Source: Octopus sinensis
Lineage: Eukaryota
Length of the DNA: 64,000 nucleotides
Assembly (NCBI RefSeq): GCF_006345805.1
Contig: NC_043012.1
Coordinates: 44,454,001 to 44,518,000, forward strand
Direction: 5' to 3'
In this document: positions 1-13,689 of the stretch, piece by piece
How the letters are laid out: each line of letters opens with the position of its first letter
Numbering within the stretch: position 1 is the stretch's first letter
Position numbers and translations under genes: made by a program
Notes under the pieces: generated by a model
What the model saw: only the letters and a program-made list of their open reading frames with translations
What the model was told of the DNA's origin: nothing
Database searches by the model: none

Positions 1-202
1 ACTCTGAGGTTGTTGCCATGGTAGGAAAGTTAAATATGTTCATATAGCTAGTAGTAACATTGAGTCCTGTTCTGAACAGAACACTCAACATTAACTTGTT
101 TAAAGCTTTCTACCCTGGTTGAGAAATCAATGTCATATAAAATGAATGACTGAAGAAGTGAACAAAACCCTTGTTTTATCACCACCACCACCACCACCAA
201 TA

Positions 203-435
203 ATAATAATAATAATAATCCTTTCTACTATAGGCACAAGGCCTGAAATTTGGTGGGTTGGGGATAGTTGATTACATCAACCCTAGTAATTGACTGGTAC
301 TTAATTTATTGACCCCAAAAGGATGAAAGGCAAAGTCAACCTTGACAGAATTTGAACTTAGAACATAGCAACGGGTGATATACCACTAAGCATTTCACCC
401 AGCATGCTATCGATTCTGCCAGCTCGCCACCTTAA
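203..435 (-). mobile_element. SINE with (AAT)n tail; core resembles the Nin/Deu-domain SINE core
   Basis: Minus strand reads GAGTTCAAAT-like B box, then CTTTGCCTTTCATCCTTTTGGGGTCAATAAATTAAGTACCAGT; related copies at 465-680, 26140-26375 and 27085-27320. Family naming is from memory. Confidence 0.55.
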
Positions 436-464
436 CATAATAACATAATAATGATAATAATAAT

Positions 465-680
465 AACAATTGTTTCTAATTTTGTCACAAGGCCAACAAC
501 AGCAATTTTGATTCTGAGTGGGGTGGAGTAAAGTCAATTACATCAACCCCAGTACTTGACTGGTACTGAATTTATCAACCTTGATCAGATGAAAAGCAAA
601 GTTGACAAACTCAGAATGTAAAGAGCCAAAATAAATATCACTAAGCATTATTTGCTAATGATTCTACAGCTCACCACCTT
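465..680 (-). mobile_element. Second, more diverged copy of the same SINE
   Basis: Shares GATTACATCAACCC...GACTGGTACT...AAAGCAAAGTTGAC...CTCAGAA with 203-435. Confidence 0.5.
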
Positions 681-754
681 ACTACTACTACTACTACTAC
701 TACTAATAATAATAATAATAATAATAATAGTTATAATAATAATAATAGAAATGG

Positions 755-1017
755 AGTTCTATATTTAAGAGATGAGGAATTATGTACATTATTTACATTT
801 GACGGATATTTGTCCTCACCTTGTTTGTTGTTAACACAATGTTTCAGCTGATATACCCTCCAGCCTTCTTCAGGTGTCTTGGGGAAATTTGAACCTGGGT
901 TCTCATTCCTAAGGTAGTTTTCAATGTTGTTATTATTATTCAGGTCACTGCCTGGATTCGAACTCAGAATCTTAGGGTTAGTATCCCATGCTCTTAACAA
1001 CTACACCTTATGTCCAC
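755..1017 (-). mobile_element. tRNA-head + (AAT)n + hammerhead-tail short element, left monomer of a head-to-head dimer
   Basis: Minus strand: A-box-like AGGTGTAGTTG (998-1008), B box GTTCGAATCC (954-963), AAT linker, HHR-like motif at 833-878; reverse complement of 1017-1226. Confidence 0.7.
833..878 (-). ncRNA. Minimal type I hammerhead ribozyme-like motif (stem III decayed)
   Basis: GACAC-CTGAAGA-A-GGCTG-gagggtatat-CAGCT-GAAAC-ATT-GTGTT; stem I GACAC/GTGTT, stem II GGCTG/CAGCT. Confidence 0.6.
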
Positions 1018-1226
1018 GGGCTACTAAGCCCAAGATTCCGAGTTCAAATCCAGGCAGTGACCTGAATAATAATGATAATAATAACAACATCAAAAAATAT
1101 CTTAGGAATGAGAACCCAGGTTCGAAATTTCCCCAAGACACCTGAAGAAGGCTGGAGGGTATATCAGCCGAAACTTTGTGTTAACAACAAACAAGATGAG
1201 GACAAATATCTGTCAATTGTAAATAA
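1017..1226 (+). mobile_element. Right monomer of the tRNA-head/hammerhead element (part of the head deleted)
   Basis: GGGCTACTAAGCCCAAGATTCCGAGTTCAAATCCAGGCAGTGACC, AAT linker, HHR at 1137-1182, tail identical in layout to the left monomer. Confidence 0.7.
1137..1182 (+). ncRNA. Minimal type I hammerhead ribozyme-like motif
   Basis: GACAC-CTGAAGA-A-GGCTG-gagggtatat-CAGCC-GAAAC-TTT-GTGTT. Confidence 0.6.
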
Positions 1227-2546
1227 TAATGGACTCTCTTACCAATGACGACATGTGAGTGTTCAGCTTTTTGCTGAATTATCTGCACAAATGATTTGTT
1301 TATAGTTATTAACCTTTTTTTTTATCTATGAACCCCTTTGATTACTATTTTATTCTGGTGGACCCCCATCACCATTTGATGTTTAAAAATTAGTTTTATA
1401 GAAACTTCTTTCAAAATTCTTTTTTTTTTACCACACATTAATTTGTGTAGGTTGAACTATGTAAAATGTTAGAGAAAGAAACCTAGCTGTTTCTTGCAAA
1501 CATATACCCATACATACATTTAAAGCAAAACTTTTTCAGGGGCTCTTAAAATATTATTGCAGATCTCCAATTTATTGTTTTGTTGCATGGATCTAAAAGA
1601 ATCTTATATGGACTCTCAGGGGCCATATGGGCCTCTCGGGGTAGCATACTTAATTTGTTGCCCAATTTAAAACACAACTGCCTGGCCCATATGTACCTTT
1701 ACCAGAGTACATTTTGTTGCATGCATTCATAACAAGTTTCTAATCTGAGGATATACTCCTCTCTTCCACCCACATCTCCCCAGAGTCTCTAACAAAGGAC
1801 ATGTATGCTGCCTTTCTTCCTTTAATTAAGCCATATAACCCTTCTTCATGTCTGTACGGAACTGTCACTACTGATAAATTTCATTCTGATCTGTTTACCA
1901 ATGATTGTTCTATATACAAAACATCTCTACAGACACCTGTGCTCACCTCATATTTAACAGTCTTAATGTTGTTGATAGTTACTATGTTGTTGTATATGAT
2001 TGCCCCAACTGTTGTTTTTGTTGCTGTCACCATTGTCAGTCTTCAGTTCAGCCCCTGTTTGAACTAATCTTTCATCAAATACCATGATCGTTCCATATTT
2101 TATTCAGACATAGTGCATCCAAGATCGAGATAGTACATTGTATTTTGAAAGAGATTTGGCTGGCATTTCTGAGTAGATCAAGTGATCACTTAGAAACTCC
2201 ATTATTGGCTGTTGCCCCACCTATTGTGGTGGGCTGTGTTAACATTGTGGATGTTTGCAAATATGATGTAGATATCCCTCTCCGTGTCGGGAGTGATTAC
2301 TTCAAATCTTATGGTCAAATTGGTGTCAATATTTCAGTATTGTAAATGGTTCTCCTCATTTTCAACAATAATTTCCTCAGATGTTGTAAATAATTTCTAC
2401 ACATGTTATGGATATTTTCCTTGACTCTTACTGAGTTCGTTACTTGAATGTCAAATCATTCTCTCTTATTGTATCTCTTTCTTTTGAGTACATTTTATGA
2501 ATCCAATCAATTGCAAAGTATAAAGTGATTTTCGTTTTATTTGCAG

Positions 2547-2785
2547 AACCATCGCTATTCAACCGTACAATTAATAGCAACAGCAACAATGTATACAAAA
2601 GTGTCCCTCTTGTGGATTTCATCAAACAACAACAGGCTGACATGGGCAACCATGGTCAGCTCACTCAAGAAAAACTGCAAGACCTGCTGACCACTCATTT
2701 GGTTCAGCAGTTCCTACAGATGAGGCAGTCAACAAATGAACAGACGAAGCCAGCTGACTTGGTGCAAGATGTACACAATGCCAAT
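2547..2785 (+). CDS. Upstream coding exon of the TPR gene (EPSLFNRT...MGNHGQLTQEKLQDLL...VHNAN)
   Basis: Acceptor ttttatttgcAG ends 2546; donor AAT|GTAAGT after 2785 in phase 0, matching the phase-0 acceptor at 5962; open frame of normal composition; in-frame ATG at 2642 (gacATGG). Confidence 0.7.
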
Positions 2786-4559
2786 GTAAGTTCACTCACC
2801 ACCACCACCACCACCACCACTTGACTACTATCATTAACAACACAATTCACACAAACTTACCTCTTATCTTTTCACCTGACACTTTCATATGCTCCCCTTT
2901 ATCTTTATTCTCATGCTACTCCTAATGGGGGTTTCATATTCCATGTCATGTTTCTGTCTTAACATTTTGGCCTTAAACTTGATGGTCCTAATTTTAGCAT
3001 TGGTTTGATGCTTTTTAACAAAACTCTATCGGCAAAATGGAACAGATCATGGTTTCTTGGAAGCTAAACTGCTACCCTGAAGGCTTCCTGAATTATTGTA
3101 AAGTTTCCTTTTCTCATTTATCTTCTTTAAATGTGCAATAGTGTTTTCTATAACCACTTCTTACCTTCTTCTTTAATTCATGTTGGCATTGTTGCAATCT
3201 AATTGGAAAATAGCAGCAAGATAAAGAGGTGTAATGTGTTACTGCATGAAAGTATGTCTGATATCAGTAAATCATACACGCCATGTTGTTGATACCACAC
3301 TCTTCCATACTTTCCCATACTCGAGTATGCCATGTTCAATATATGGCTTTACAATAACAGATTAACAACAACACTAAACCTGCTTACCATTACTCTGGTC
3401 ACCACTAATACTAGATAACATTAACTTGTAGATCACTTTGCAATCAATGAAATCAGCATTTCACGCACTCATAAAACAGAAACTGTAGCATCATATATAA
3501 ATGGAATCTTAGAACTTTCTTTGCTACATAAAAACATAACAAACAGAAATGATACACACATTGCAAAAACAGTTGAATGAGAAGAATCCACAAAGCTAAT
3601 CTATACTCAATACAAGATCTACCAGGATCCTGGCAAATCCTGTATTCAAATTTCAGTGCCAGAAACCATGATACATGACACTGAAAATACTACTCTCCAC
3701 GCATTAAATGCTGCACACAAACCATTCACAACCTGAAACCAACTACATTGAAAATACAAGCAAAGAATTCAGAATGGAATCTTTCATGCGATTATTCATC
3801 TTACTCAATATAGCGACTACATCTCTCTCCTTTAAAAGAAACAACAAAACATTTTGAGTTCTAAATATGAGAGTCACATATCCACAATAGAGATGGGGAC
3901 ACAAACACTAAAAAGTACAATCATACAATGAAGCTGGACTCAAATAAAAAACCACAGAACATCTTATACCTATAGATGGGGTTAGATATTTTTATCAGCT
4001 ACTTATATACCATTCACTTGTTACTCAGCAACAACAGCAGAAAAACAAATATATTAAAGCTTAAAAGCATTACTGTGTGCTTTGAGAAATCTAGTTTATA
4101 ACTACAGTCTGTTTCAACTGACATGGTCCAGCATCTACGTACCCTATTACTCAACATTTTGATACATCAGTAACACTTAAAGCAGTAATTCAATTTCATC
4201 ATAAAAATTGATATCTTCGTCCCTGTCTCACCCAACTGGTCCAGACAAACACAAATATTCATACACACCAAAATAATTATTATTGATTGCTTCATTATAC
4301 CAAGATTCTGTTATACTGAATGCATTATAGGAAAAAAGAAGTAACATGCCCTGACTTACAGCTATTCTTTCATGGAATTTCTATTGTGTTCCTAGCTGTG
4401 ATACTTTCGAGTTGTGGACAGGAATAGGGCTGTTGGATATTCAATTGGTTACTCTGCATAGGTTTATTCAAGCCTAACAGACTTAGAATACTTAACAGTA
4501 TCAAAGTATAAATGTGACATGAGTTTATAGTGTAATAGTGAATTACTGTGTAATTTCCC

Positions 4560-4995
4560 AGTAAATTAAAAAGTGCCAATCGATTAAAGTGGAGGGAAAA
4601 TAGGGAAGGGAGAGATTCAGGAAAACATGGGGCAAAGCATTGAAGGCCAACCTCAAAATGCTGAGCCTTAAGAAGATGAAAGAGGACCAAGATATGTGGC
4701 ACATTCCTGTACTCAAGAAGATCTGCCCACCACAACAGAATTTATATCCTAAAACCAAGGTGCCACATAAAAAGCATTGGTGTGGGTGTTGGTGCCATAT
4801 AAAAAGCATTGTTGATGGTGCCACATAAAAGTGGTTGGCATTAGGAAGGGTGTATAGCTATAGAAACCAAGCTAAAACAGTCTATGGAACTTGGTGCAGC
4901 CCCTGGCCTTGTCAGTTCCTGTCAAGCCGTCCAACCCATGCCAGCACAGAAAACAGATGTTAAATGTAGATAATGATTATGATGATGATGATGAA
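4560..4995 (+). mobile_element. 3' end of an RTE-clade LINE (ORF C-terminus, 3' UTR, (ATG)n tail)
   Basis: Translates VEGK*GRERFRKTWGKALKANLKMLSLKKMKEDQDMW, like the GRGRPRKTW end at 19840-19870; then CCAACCCATGCCAGCA..GAAAACAGATGTTAAATG and a GAT repeat tail. Confidence 0.6.
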
Positions 4996-5961
4996 TTTGC
5001 CTTACAATTCCTCAAGTTGAAATTACAGGATGATTTCTTTGTTTGATATAATGTATGATGCAAGTGAAACAGAGTATTCTGCTGAAGGGTTCATTACAAC
5101 ATAAAAGAGTCTATTGCCTAACAATTGAGTTGCTCCTAATAATTTCTTGCACATGTTTGGAATGCTTGAGCATGTGAGACTAAGTGTTCTTCATTAACCC
5201 AACATAGTGCCAATAGTAAGAATACAAACTGATGATAAATAAGTTAAGGGCCTGAGACCTCATCCATTTTTCAATAACTCTGGCCATTACTACCACAATC
5301 TCTACTAATCTTGACTTTCCAACCCTATAATACATCTACCTATACCCATTTAGTGAGGCTGACATTACTTTCTACATTTATATTACTATTATGTTTCAAT
5401 CAGCTCCAGTTCTTTTTGAAAACTTGTCTCTGAAAGTTCTTTCACTTCATAACTCCCCCTCTTGTTTTCTCTCTTATAACCATCTTTTCATTTCACTCAC
5501 AGAAATTTAAACTGAATGTTAAATAGAAGCCTTGTCTCCCAATCACTGAAGTTTTAAAATTTTATGAGCTTTGTAGTTCTTATCAAATTGATAAATAAAA
5601 GTAAAATTATTCTGGATTTGATTGGTTTGTTCAGTAACTCAGCTTAGTGCTATACAGACTCTGTCTTTTTCCCTTTTAAACCCTTTATTAAACACTGTGC
5701 TGAAATTTTCTACCCCATGAAGAACCAAACCATCAAGAATATCTCTCCTCTTTGCCCATGTTTTCTGTTCACATAAATTAAATATTAACCACAGGAATAC
5801 CATTTCCCATTTTTTTCTTCTTGCTCAGACTTCCTGAAAAGATAAAAATAGTAACCAACCTGCTTTTTTATGCTGTTTATTGTGTTTATTTTTTAATTTT
5901 TTTTCGTTTTCAAAGAAAAATTATGAAACTGATATATTTTATATTGTAATCTCTGTTTCAG

Positions 5962-8900
5962 AAAACTGCTGCTGAGGAGTCACTTAAAGATAATGTCAAG
6001 AAAGCTGAATTACCTGATTCTCTCGATAACGCAACAAAATTGCTCAATGAATACCAACTGGATGAATCTGAGCACATGTTCTTGCGTCTGCATCAACAGG
6101 CATTATGTAGTCCAGATGACCAACGTCAATCCCTGGTAAATGTACTTGTAAATCTTGCTGAAATATGTTTACGTCGCAGCCGCAGATGTCGAGACAATCC
6201 GATGGAGAAGCAGTGGCTTTACACTCATACCATTGCCCTCCTACAAAATGCATCAGAAATTTGTGATAAAGCAATGCACGGTGAAGATGGTGAAGCATGT
6301 GACACAGCTTGGTTTGAGCAACAACAGTTATCCATTTCAACAAAACTAAGGCCAGTTGAAGATAACCAAAGCCGTATTCTTTATAACTGGCTGAAGAATG
6401 AAGAAAAGATGATTGAGACACTTCGGCCATTATTTGCTTCAACACCATCAATTCAGACCAAGAATTTCCCCTTGACACCAAGCATGCCTCGTCAGAACCT
6501 GTTTCCTGGGATGCCGTGTTTTGTTTCAAATGAAGCAAAGTCAGACAAGGATAACTTTGCTGAAAGGTTACGATGGCTTACAAAATTTTGGCGGTACTGC
6601 CGAGATCGCTTACATAACAAAAACTTCAAAGAAATTGTTGAGCGACTCTCTGAGAAAGTTGAAGAAGAAATGAACAACTTTGAATCACCAATTTCTCCAG
6701 TTAATGAAAATAACAACAACGAGAAAGAATTTGAAGATGTCTTCTACCTTGATGTTGAGGAAGTACGGGATATAGGAAATATCAAAGAACTTTCAGATGT
6801 TAACTCTCCTGTCCGCCAGTACTCCCTATCATACGAGCTCGCCTCTAGTGATGTCAATGTTGAGGGATGGGACTTCTTTTTGGAAGAGCGTAAAAATTAC
6901 AAGTTTGACACAGTTATCCAGATGTCGCCACATGTGAAGTCTCAAACTAATGAATGTGAGTTTATTATAGACACTGAACTTTCTGATGAGAAGCAAAGGT
7001 TGGCTGATATGTCCGAACTGATTTCTCCCTTGCATGAACACAGCATTAGTCTCACTATTGTACGTTCTTTAATCAAACTTGCAGAGAGATTAGCAAAAGA
7101 AGAAGATTTTACTAAAGCCGAAGCACTATATGAACAGATTTATATTATTCTCTTTGAAATTCAAGATTCCAGTGTGTCTGTGATGAAGTTGAAGGCTAAT
7201 GTAATGAAAAATTTGGGAATGTTGAAATGCAAACTCAGCAAAGGAGAAGTTGGACTGAAAATGCTCAAGAAAGGGTTACAAATGTGCCGTGAACTTGGGG
7301 AAGATGGAGTTAACAGTGAAGTGTCTGTTCTAATGTTTGAACTTGGAAATGGGTATATTGTTGAGAAGTGGAATGATGAGTCGTTCTTTGACAATATCAT
7401 TGCAGTGATTGCTGAGTCTTTTGAAAAAGAATTCTCTGATCCTGATAATGAAACCTCATCGAGTCAGACTTCTCAAAATGAAAACAATAATGAAAGTATG
7501 AATGAAAGTACAAAGATAGACGATAAAAATGTCAAAGAAGCAATGTCTTGTTTTGAGGAAGCAATAAGTATACTAGACGAGATACCTCAGCGTGATGAGA
7601 AACAAACAGATGTCCTTGCCAAATCCTATCTCAAACTTGGGGATTGCCATTTTATGATGAAAGAATTCAATGAAGCACTCATTTGTTTCGAAAAATCATG
7701 GACCCTTTTCAATTCTCGTGGTCAGTCAGCTGGGAGAGCTCTGTTCTTAGAGAATGCCCATGTTTTGCTTATGTTAGGCGTTTCAAGTTTCATGCTACAT
7801 GTCTACCCACGCACTGTCTCCGTGTTCGAACTGGCCTATAGGATGCTTAGGTATGCGTATGGATTGTCAGGACAAAATTTTTTTGTTGGCCTGATTCTTT
7901 CATTACTTGGAATAACGTACTACAAATTGAAATATTACCACAAATGTGTGTCTGTTTGTTTTCAAGCTTTTGAAATTTTCTCTAACCTTTATCAAAATAC
8001 ATTGTCTACTCTTCCCAAGCATAAGTTCTGGTTGGTTTGCCAGACATTATATGTCCTTGGAAACTCATATAATGTGCTTAATTTACAACACAAAGCCATT
8101 AAATACCTCTCTTTAGGCAGGTCATTGATGTTGTCCACAGATTCTGCTGACAAAAGACAACACATGAGAATTTTACAGATTCTAGGTGACTGTTATTTTG
8201 CACAATATGACTACAAAACCTCACTTGATTTCTACAATGAAGCTCTTACTCTTGCTGATGACAAGGAGAATCAGGAAGATTTTGATCCAAACCAGAGCTC
8301 TGAAGATATGGCCTTGCACAATCAATTGCTAAGCCGTTCTGCAGATGCACATATTAGCATGAGACAGTACCAGAATGCTGTTCACTATTTAGAGCAAGCA
8401 CGAGATATTCAGGATATTTTACAAGAAGATATTAAAGGTGACCTGGTCAGTACGTTAAAGCAACTTGGTCAAATGCATTCTGTGGCAGGGGATGTTGAAA
8501 AGGCTATTGAGTCCTACAATGAGTGTATCGAAATCTATAAGGAAATCCATGGAAAACTTGAACCAGAAATGTGTGAAACTCTTGGAAATTTGGCTACAAT
8601 GTGCTATGTGAAAGCTTGTATTTGTGAAGACATTGACCAAGAACTTGAAATGATTTTGAGAGCAGAGCAATGCTTCCAAGATGCTCTCACAATGGAAATG
8701 AATCATTGTGTTTGTGTAAAATATGCCAATTTCTTGTACAGCCAAGGAAACTATGATGATGCTATATTATATTTAGAAGATTGTTTGAAACTCCAAATCC
8801 CATTTCCAAACATTGTGTATGGTGGACTGGAGAAAGTAACTCTACCCGAACTTCTTCAAGAGGAGGTTGATGCCCAGGAAGAAGTGGTACTTCCAGCATC

Positions 8901-9315
8901 GTCTTTGGCATATTACTTACTAATTCTTTGCAACCGGTTGATGAATCGTGCTGATGGAGCAGAAAAGTATATCCTACTTCTCATGGAAGAAGCATACTTA
9001 TTTCAAGACCCTCTCCTTCATTCCCTTCTAGGATATTCCCTTATGGAGTTGTCTCTATATGAGGAAGCAGCCCTCTCTTTTTTTGAAGCAGCAATAATGC
9101 AACCAGAATATTTCCTTGCAATGGACAATTACTGTATCTGTTTATGTCTTCTTGTTCTCACCACACTACAGCGAGCCATTATTACTATGCTGAAAAGTAC
9201 TGGGGTAGAGTTTGAGGAATATTCATATGATTGTATCTCACCTTTCTCAAATTGCCAGCTAACACCAAACTATCTGGAATTATCAGATACAGAACTACAA
9301 GAAATTTTCAACTAA
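5962..9315 (+). CDS. Large terminal coding exon of a multi-TPR (about 12 repeats) alpha-solenoid protein; about 1165 aa if joined to ATG 2642
   Basis: Uninterrupted frame; acceptor ctctgtttcAG ends 5961, 78 nt before the track's TTG start (6040) and in frame; TPR-like segments include AKSYLKLGDCHFMMKEFNEALICFEKSW, ILQILGDCYFAQYDYKTSLDFYNEAL, TLKQLGQMHSVAGDVEKAIESYNECIEIY and YANFLYSQGNYDDAILYLEDCL; TAA at 9313-9315. Confidence 0.9.
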   Translation, partial: KTAAEESLKDNVKKAELPDSLDNATKLLNEYQLDESEHMFLRLHQQALCSPDDQRQSLVNVLVNLAEICLRRSRRCRDNPMEKQWLYTHTIALLQNASEICDKAMHGEDGEACDTAWFEQQQLSISTKLRPVEDNQSRILYNWLKNEEKMIETLRPLFASTPSIQTKNFPLTPSMPRQNLFPGMPCFVSNEAKSDKDNFAERLRWLTKFWRYCRDRLHNKNFKEIVERLSEKVEEEMNNFESPISPVNENNNNEKEFEDVFYLDVEEVRDIGNIKELSDVNSPVRQYSLSYELASSDVNVEGWDFFLEERKNYKFDTVIQMSPHVKSQTNECEFIIDTELSDEKQRLADMSELISPLHEHSISLTIVRSLIKLAERLAKEEDFTKAEALYEQIYIILFEIQDSSVSVMKLKANVMKNLGMLKCKLSKGEVGLKMLKKGLQMCRELGEDGVNSEVSVLMFELGNGYIVEKWNDESFFDNIIAVIAESFEKEFSDPDNETSSSQTSQNENNNESMNESTKIDDKNVKEAMSCFEEAISILDEIPQRDEKQTDVLAKSYLKLGDCHFMMKEFNEALICFEKSWTLFNSRGQSAGRALFLENAHVLLMLGVSSFMLHVYPRTVSVFELAYRMLRYAYGLSGQNFFVGLILSLLGITYYKLKYYHKCVSVCFQAFEIFSNLYQNTLSTLPKHKFWLVCQTLYVLGNSYNVLNLQHKAIKYLSLGRSLMLSTDSADKRQHMRILQILGDCYFAQYDYKTSLDFYNEALTLADDKENQEDFDPNQSSEDMALHNQLLSRSADAHISMRQYQNAVHYLEQARDIQDILQEDIKGDLVSTLKQLGQMHSVAGDVEKAIESYNECIEIYKEIHGKLEPEMCETLGNLATMCYVKACICEDIDQELEMILRAEQCFQDALTMEMNHCVCVKYANFLYSQGNYDDAILYLEDCLKLQIPFPNIVYGGLEKVTLPELLQEEVDAQEEVVLPASSLAYYLLILCNRLMNRADGAEKYILLLMEEAYLFQDPLLHSLLGYSLMELSLYEEAALSFFEAAIMQPEYFLAMDNYCICLCLLVLTTLQRAIITMLKSTGVEFEEYSYDCISPFSNCQLTPNYLELSDTELQEIFN

Positions 9316-9571
9316 TCCTGTGATATACAATTTTTTGTTAACCTCTTATTTAATTTTTTTTTTTAACTATCAATCTGCTCTGATTCCCTCCAACAACAAC
9401 AAAAACAATTGTTGCCAGATTATTGCAAACTAATTTTTGTAAAATATTGTGCCTGAAATATTTTTTTTTAATCTGGCAGCTGATGGCTCATGTTGTAGGT
9501 ACACTTGGAATTTCATTCTCATATTGTCATGATATTTTCCTTTTCTCAATTTTTTTTTTTATTTCCCTTTA

Positions 9572-9577
9572 AATAAA
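9572..9577 (+). terminator. Candidate polyadenylation signal of the TPR gene
   Basis: AATAAA about 260 nt after the stop; weak evidence in AT-rich DNA. Confidence 0.25.
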
Positions 9578-10531
9578 ACAACAAAAACAATTTTTTTATG
9601 CATACAATTGAAGTAAATGGAAAAGAAAATGGAAACTTCCTAATATATAAAAATTTCTCTCCAAACTTTAACATGTTTTTGCAATAAGTGTTTAGCTGTT
9701 TTCTTCAATGATACATGTTGTATAAATGGTTTACTGTTGTCCACCACTGATTTTCTAGCATCCTTGATTCCAAAGCCTTGCTTTATTCATTAGACTAACA
9801 TAGCGTGCATAATATTTTCACAATACATTTATGACTCTCTACTTAGACACATGCTTTTTTTTATGCACTATGGCTAACTAGAAACATGTATTTAATAACC
9901 ACTAATATGAACTTGATGATTGAATTAAATACAAGAAGATGAGTATAGTTATCTTGTATTGACACTGACCAGACTTATGCTTCACAACACAGCTAATTTG
10001 AGCATTTATAGCTAAGGTTAAGTATAAGCAAATTAATTTAAGGACATCTAGAATCAAGGAATCATCATTTATAAACAATTAGAATATGGACTTCATACTA
10101 TGTCATCATTGGTTAATCTGTAAATGAATCAATGGTCATGGCAATTCCAAAAATGGTTTTGTGATTTAGAGGTTCCGTACCATCAGCTTCTGGAAAATCA
10201 GTGATGTACCCATGTGTGTGTTAGTGTAGGAACCAATGTGAAAACAGCTGGTTTTGTCAAGTGTGGTTATGATGTGAATGTATGAAAACATCTATTTGAG
10301 AGAGAAACAAAAAAATAATTATTAAAGATTTATATGGATGTGTGTGTGTGTGTGTGTGTGTGCATATGCATATATGTAACTATGATTTTTGTCTAATGGT
10401 CATGTAACTAATATAAAATGCTCTATACATGCTAATATATATAGAACATAGTGGAACGTTAAACTTTAAAAGTATGAAGTACTTTACCACAAGATTTCCA
10501 ATATTTAACTATCTCAACATGTATGATTTTA

Positions 10532-10597
<66 letters not shown>

Positions 10598-10619
10598 TTA
10601 CATTTATGTATTTGTTTTG

Positions 10620-11629
10620 CAGGATTCTTGATGTGAAATCTTGTGTTGAAACAGATATTGTTATGCTTGGGGATGATCATCTTTTGCCAATTAAACACAT
10701 GCATTATTTATTTGATCTTCACTTGAGATTTTATTATTATTATTCATTTGTTCGAATTCTTTCGTCACACACTTTCTGTGATCTCTTCAGAGACTTTCTG
10801 TCCCTCATGTCTCCTCTTCTCTCATCCCTATCTATGCATGTGTTTATGTCTGTATATGTGTATTTGTGTGTGTCTATCTGTTTAGTATGTGTATGTGTGT
10901 CTTGTGTGCAAATATATAGATTTGTAGATTACACTGTTTGTACCCATGTTTTTTATTTATAGGAATGTAGTCTATAGTTTAAGGTTTAGAGGGGGACAGC
11001 ACAGAAAAAGGATAATGACGTACATTGCAGAGACTGTGTGTAGCATAGGAGAGAGCATAAGTCAACACTGGCAGGAATTCAAGGAGAGAAAAGCTCATCA
11101 GTACTATACCAGCATGCTCAAATACAACATGGATGTTCAGTTGATAATATAGATGTTAGGATCTTATTGACACACAGAACAGATACAGCACTCAGACAGA
11201 TTACAGAGGCCATACACATAATAGAACATAGACCTAACACAACAAAAAATGTGGATGGAGTAATAACACTCCCCCACTCCATCTCACTACATAACCTGAT
11301 GACTAAAAACAAGATGAGAAAAGAAAAAGTAAATAAAAGACATGGGTAGAAACCCATATACATGCACACACACATATTAAACACATAGACACACACACAG
11401 ATACAGATGTAAAGGTATGTGCAGATAGGGATACATACCACAGAAAGACAAAATAGAATAGATAGGACAAGAATATATAGAGAAGAGGAGATATGAGGGA
11501 CAAAATGTTACTGAAGAGGTAACAGAATGTGTAATGAAAGAACTGAAAAATAATAAATTATAACAAAGTGAAGATCAAATAAACAGTGTCTCATTGGCAA
11601 AAGATGATCATCTCCAAATATAACAACAC

Positions 11630-11630
<1 letters not shown>
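10620..11630 (+). mobile_element. 5'-truncated Penelope-like element: inverted pLTR, GIY-YIG C-terminus, pLTR
   Basis: 10965-11290 encodes a frameshifted VVYSL...YIAET...QITEAIHIIEHRP; 10660-10960 is a diverged reverse complement of 11320-11630; CTGAAGAG-GTCAC/GTGAC-GAAA-like cores at 10760-10790 (-) and 11511-11539 (+). Confidence 0.7.
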
Positions 11631-13340
<1,710 letters not shown>

Positions 13341-13600
13341 GAGAAAAATGTTAGTTTCCTCTTTCAATATATACTGCTGCTTGATTATTATATTTTTTTC
13401 TTTTTCATTCTTTCTCTTTCACCCTCCTCTCTTTCTCATTCAATTATGATATATGTTTGTAATGGGTATTTACATATAGTTTATGCATACATGCATAATG
13501 TATGTATGTGTAAAAATGTATACGTATTCATTTATACTATTTGTAAATCTTGTAAATAAATACATTTTGTGTGTGTGTATGTGCACATGTATGTATGTGA

Positions 13601-13666
<66 letters not shown>

Positions 13667-13689
13667 TTACATTTATGTATTTGTTTTGC

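Noticed and set aside
943-1016. tRNA genes (also heads at 35840, 45205, 55308, 58200)
   Set aside because: No complete acceptor stem, and each continues into a repeat body; these are SINE heads.
3760-3850. GIF(H)..DYSS resembling the RT motif GIFQGDSLS in an A-rich intronic stretch
   Set aside because: Needs a frameshift, and no other RT motif could be confirmed.
6044-8745. Antisense and alternative-frame ORFs overlapping the TPR exon
   Set aside because: Shadows of the real ORF with no recognisable domains.
6040-9315. Naming the TPR protein (TTC28, kinesin light chain, NPHP3, consortin)
   Set aside because: Only generic TPR similarity is visible; no family-specific domain recognised.
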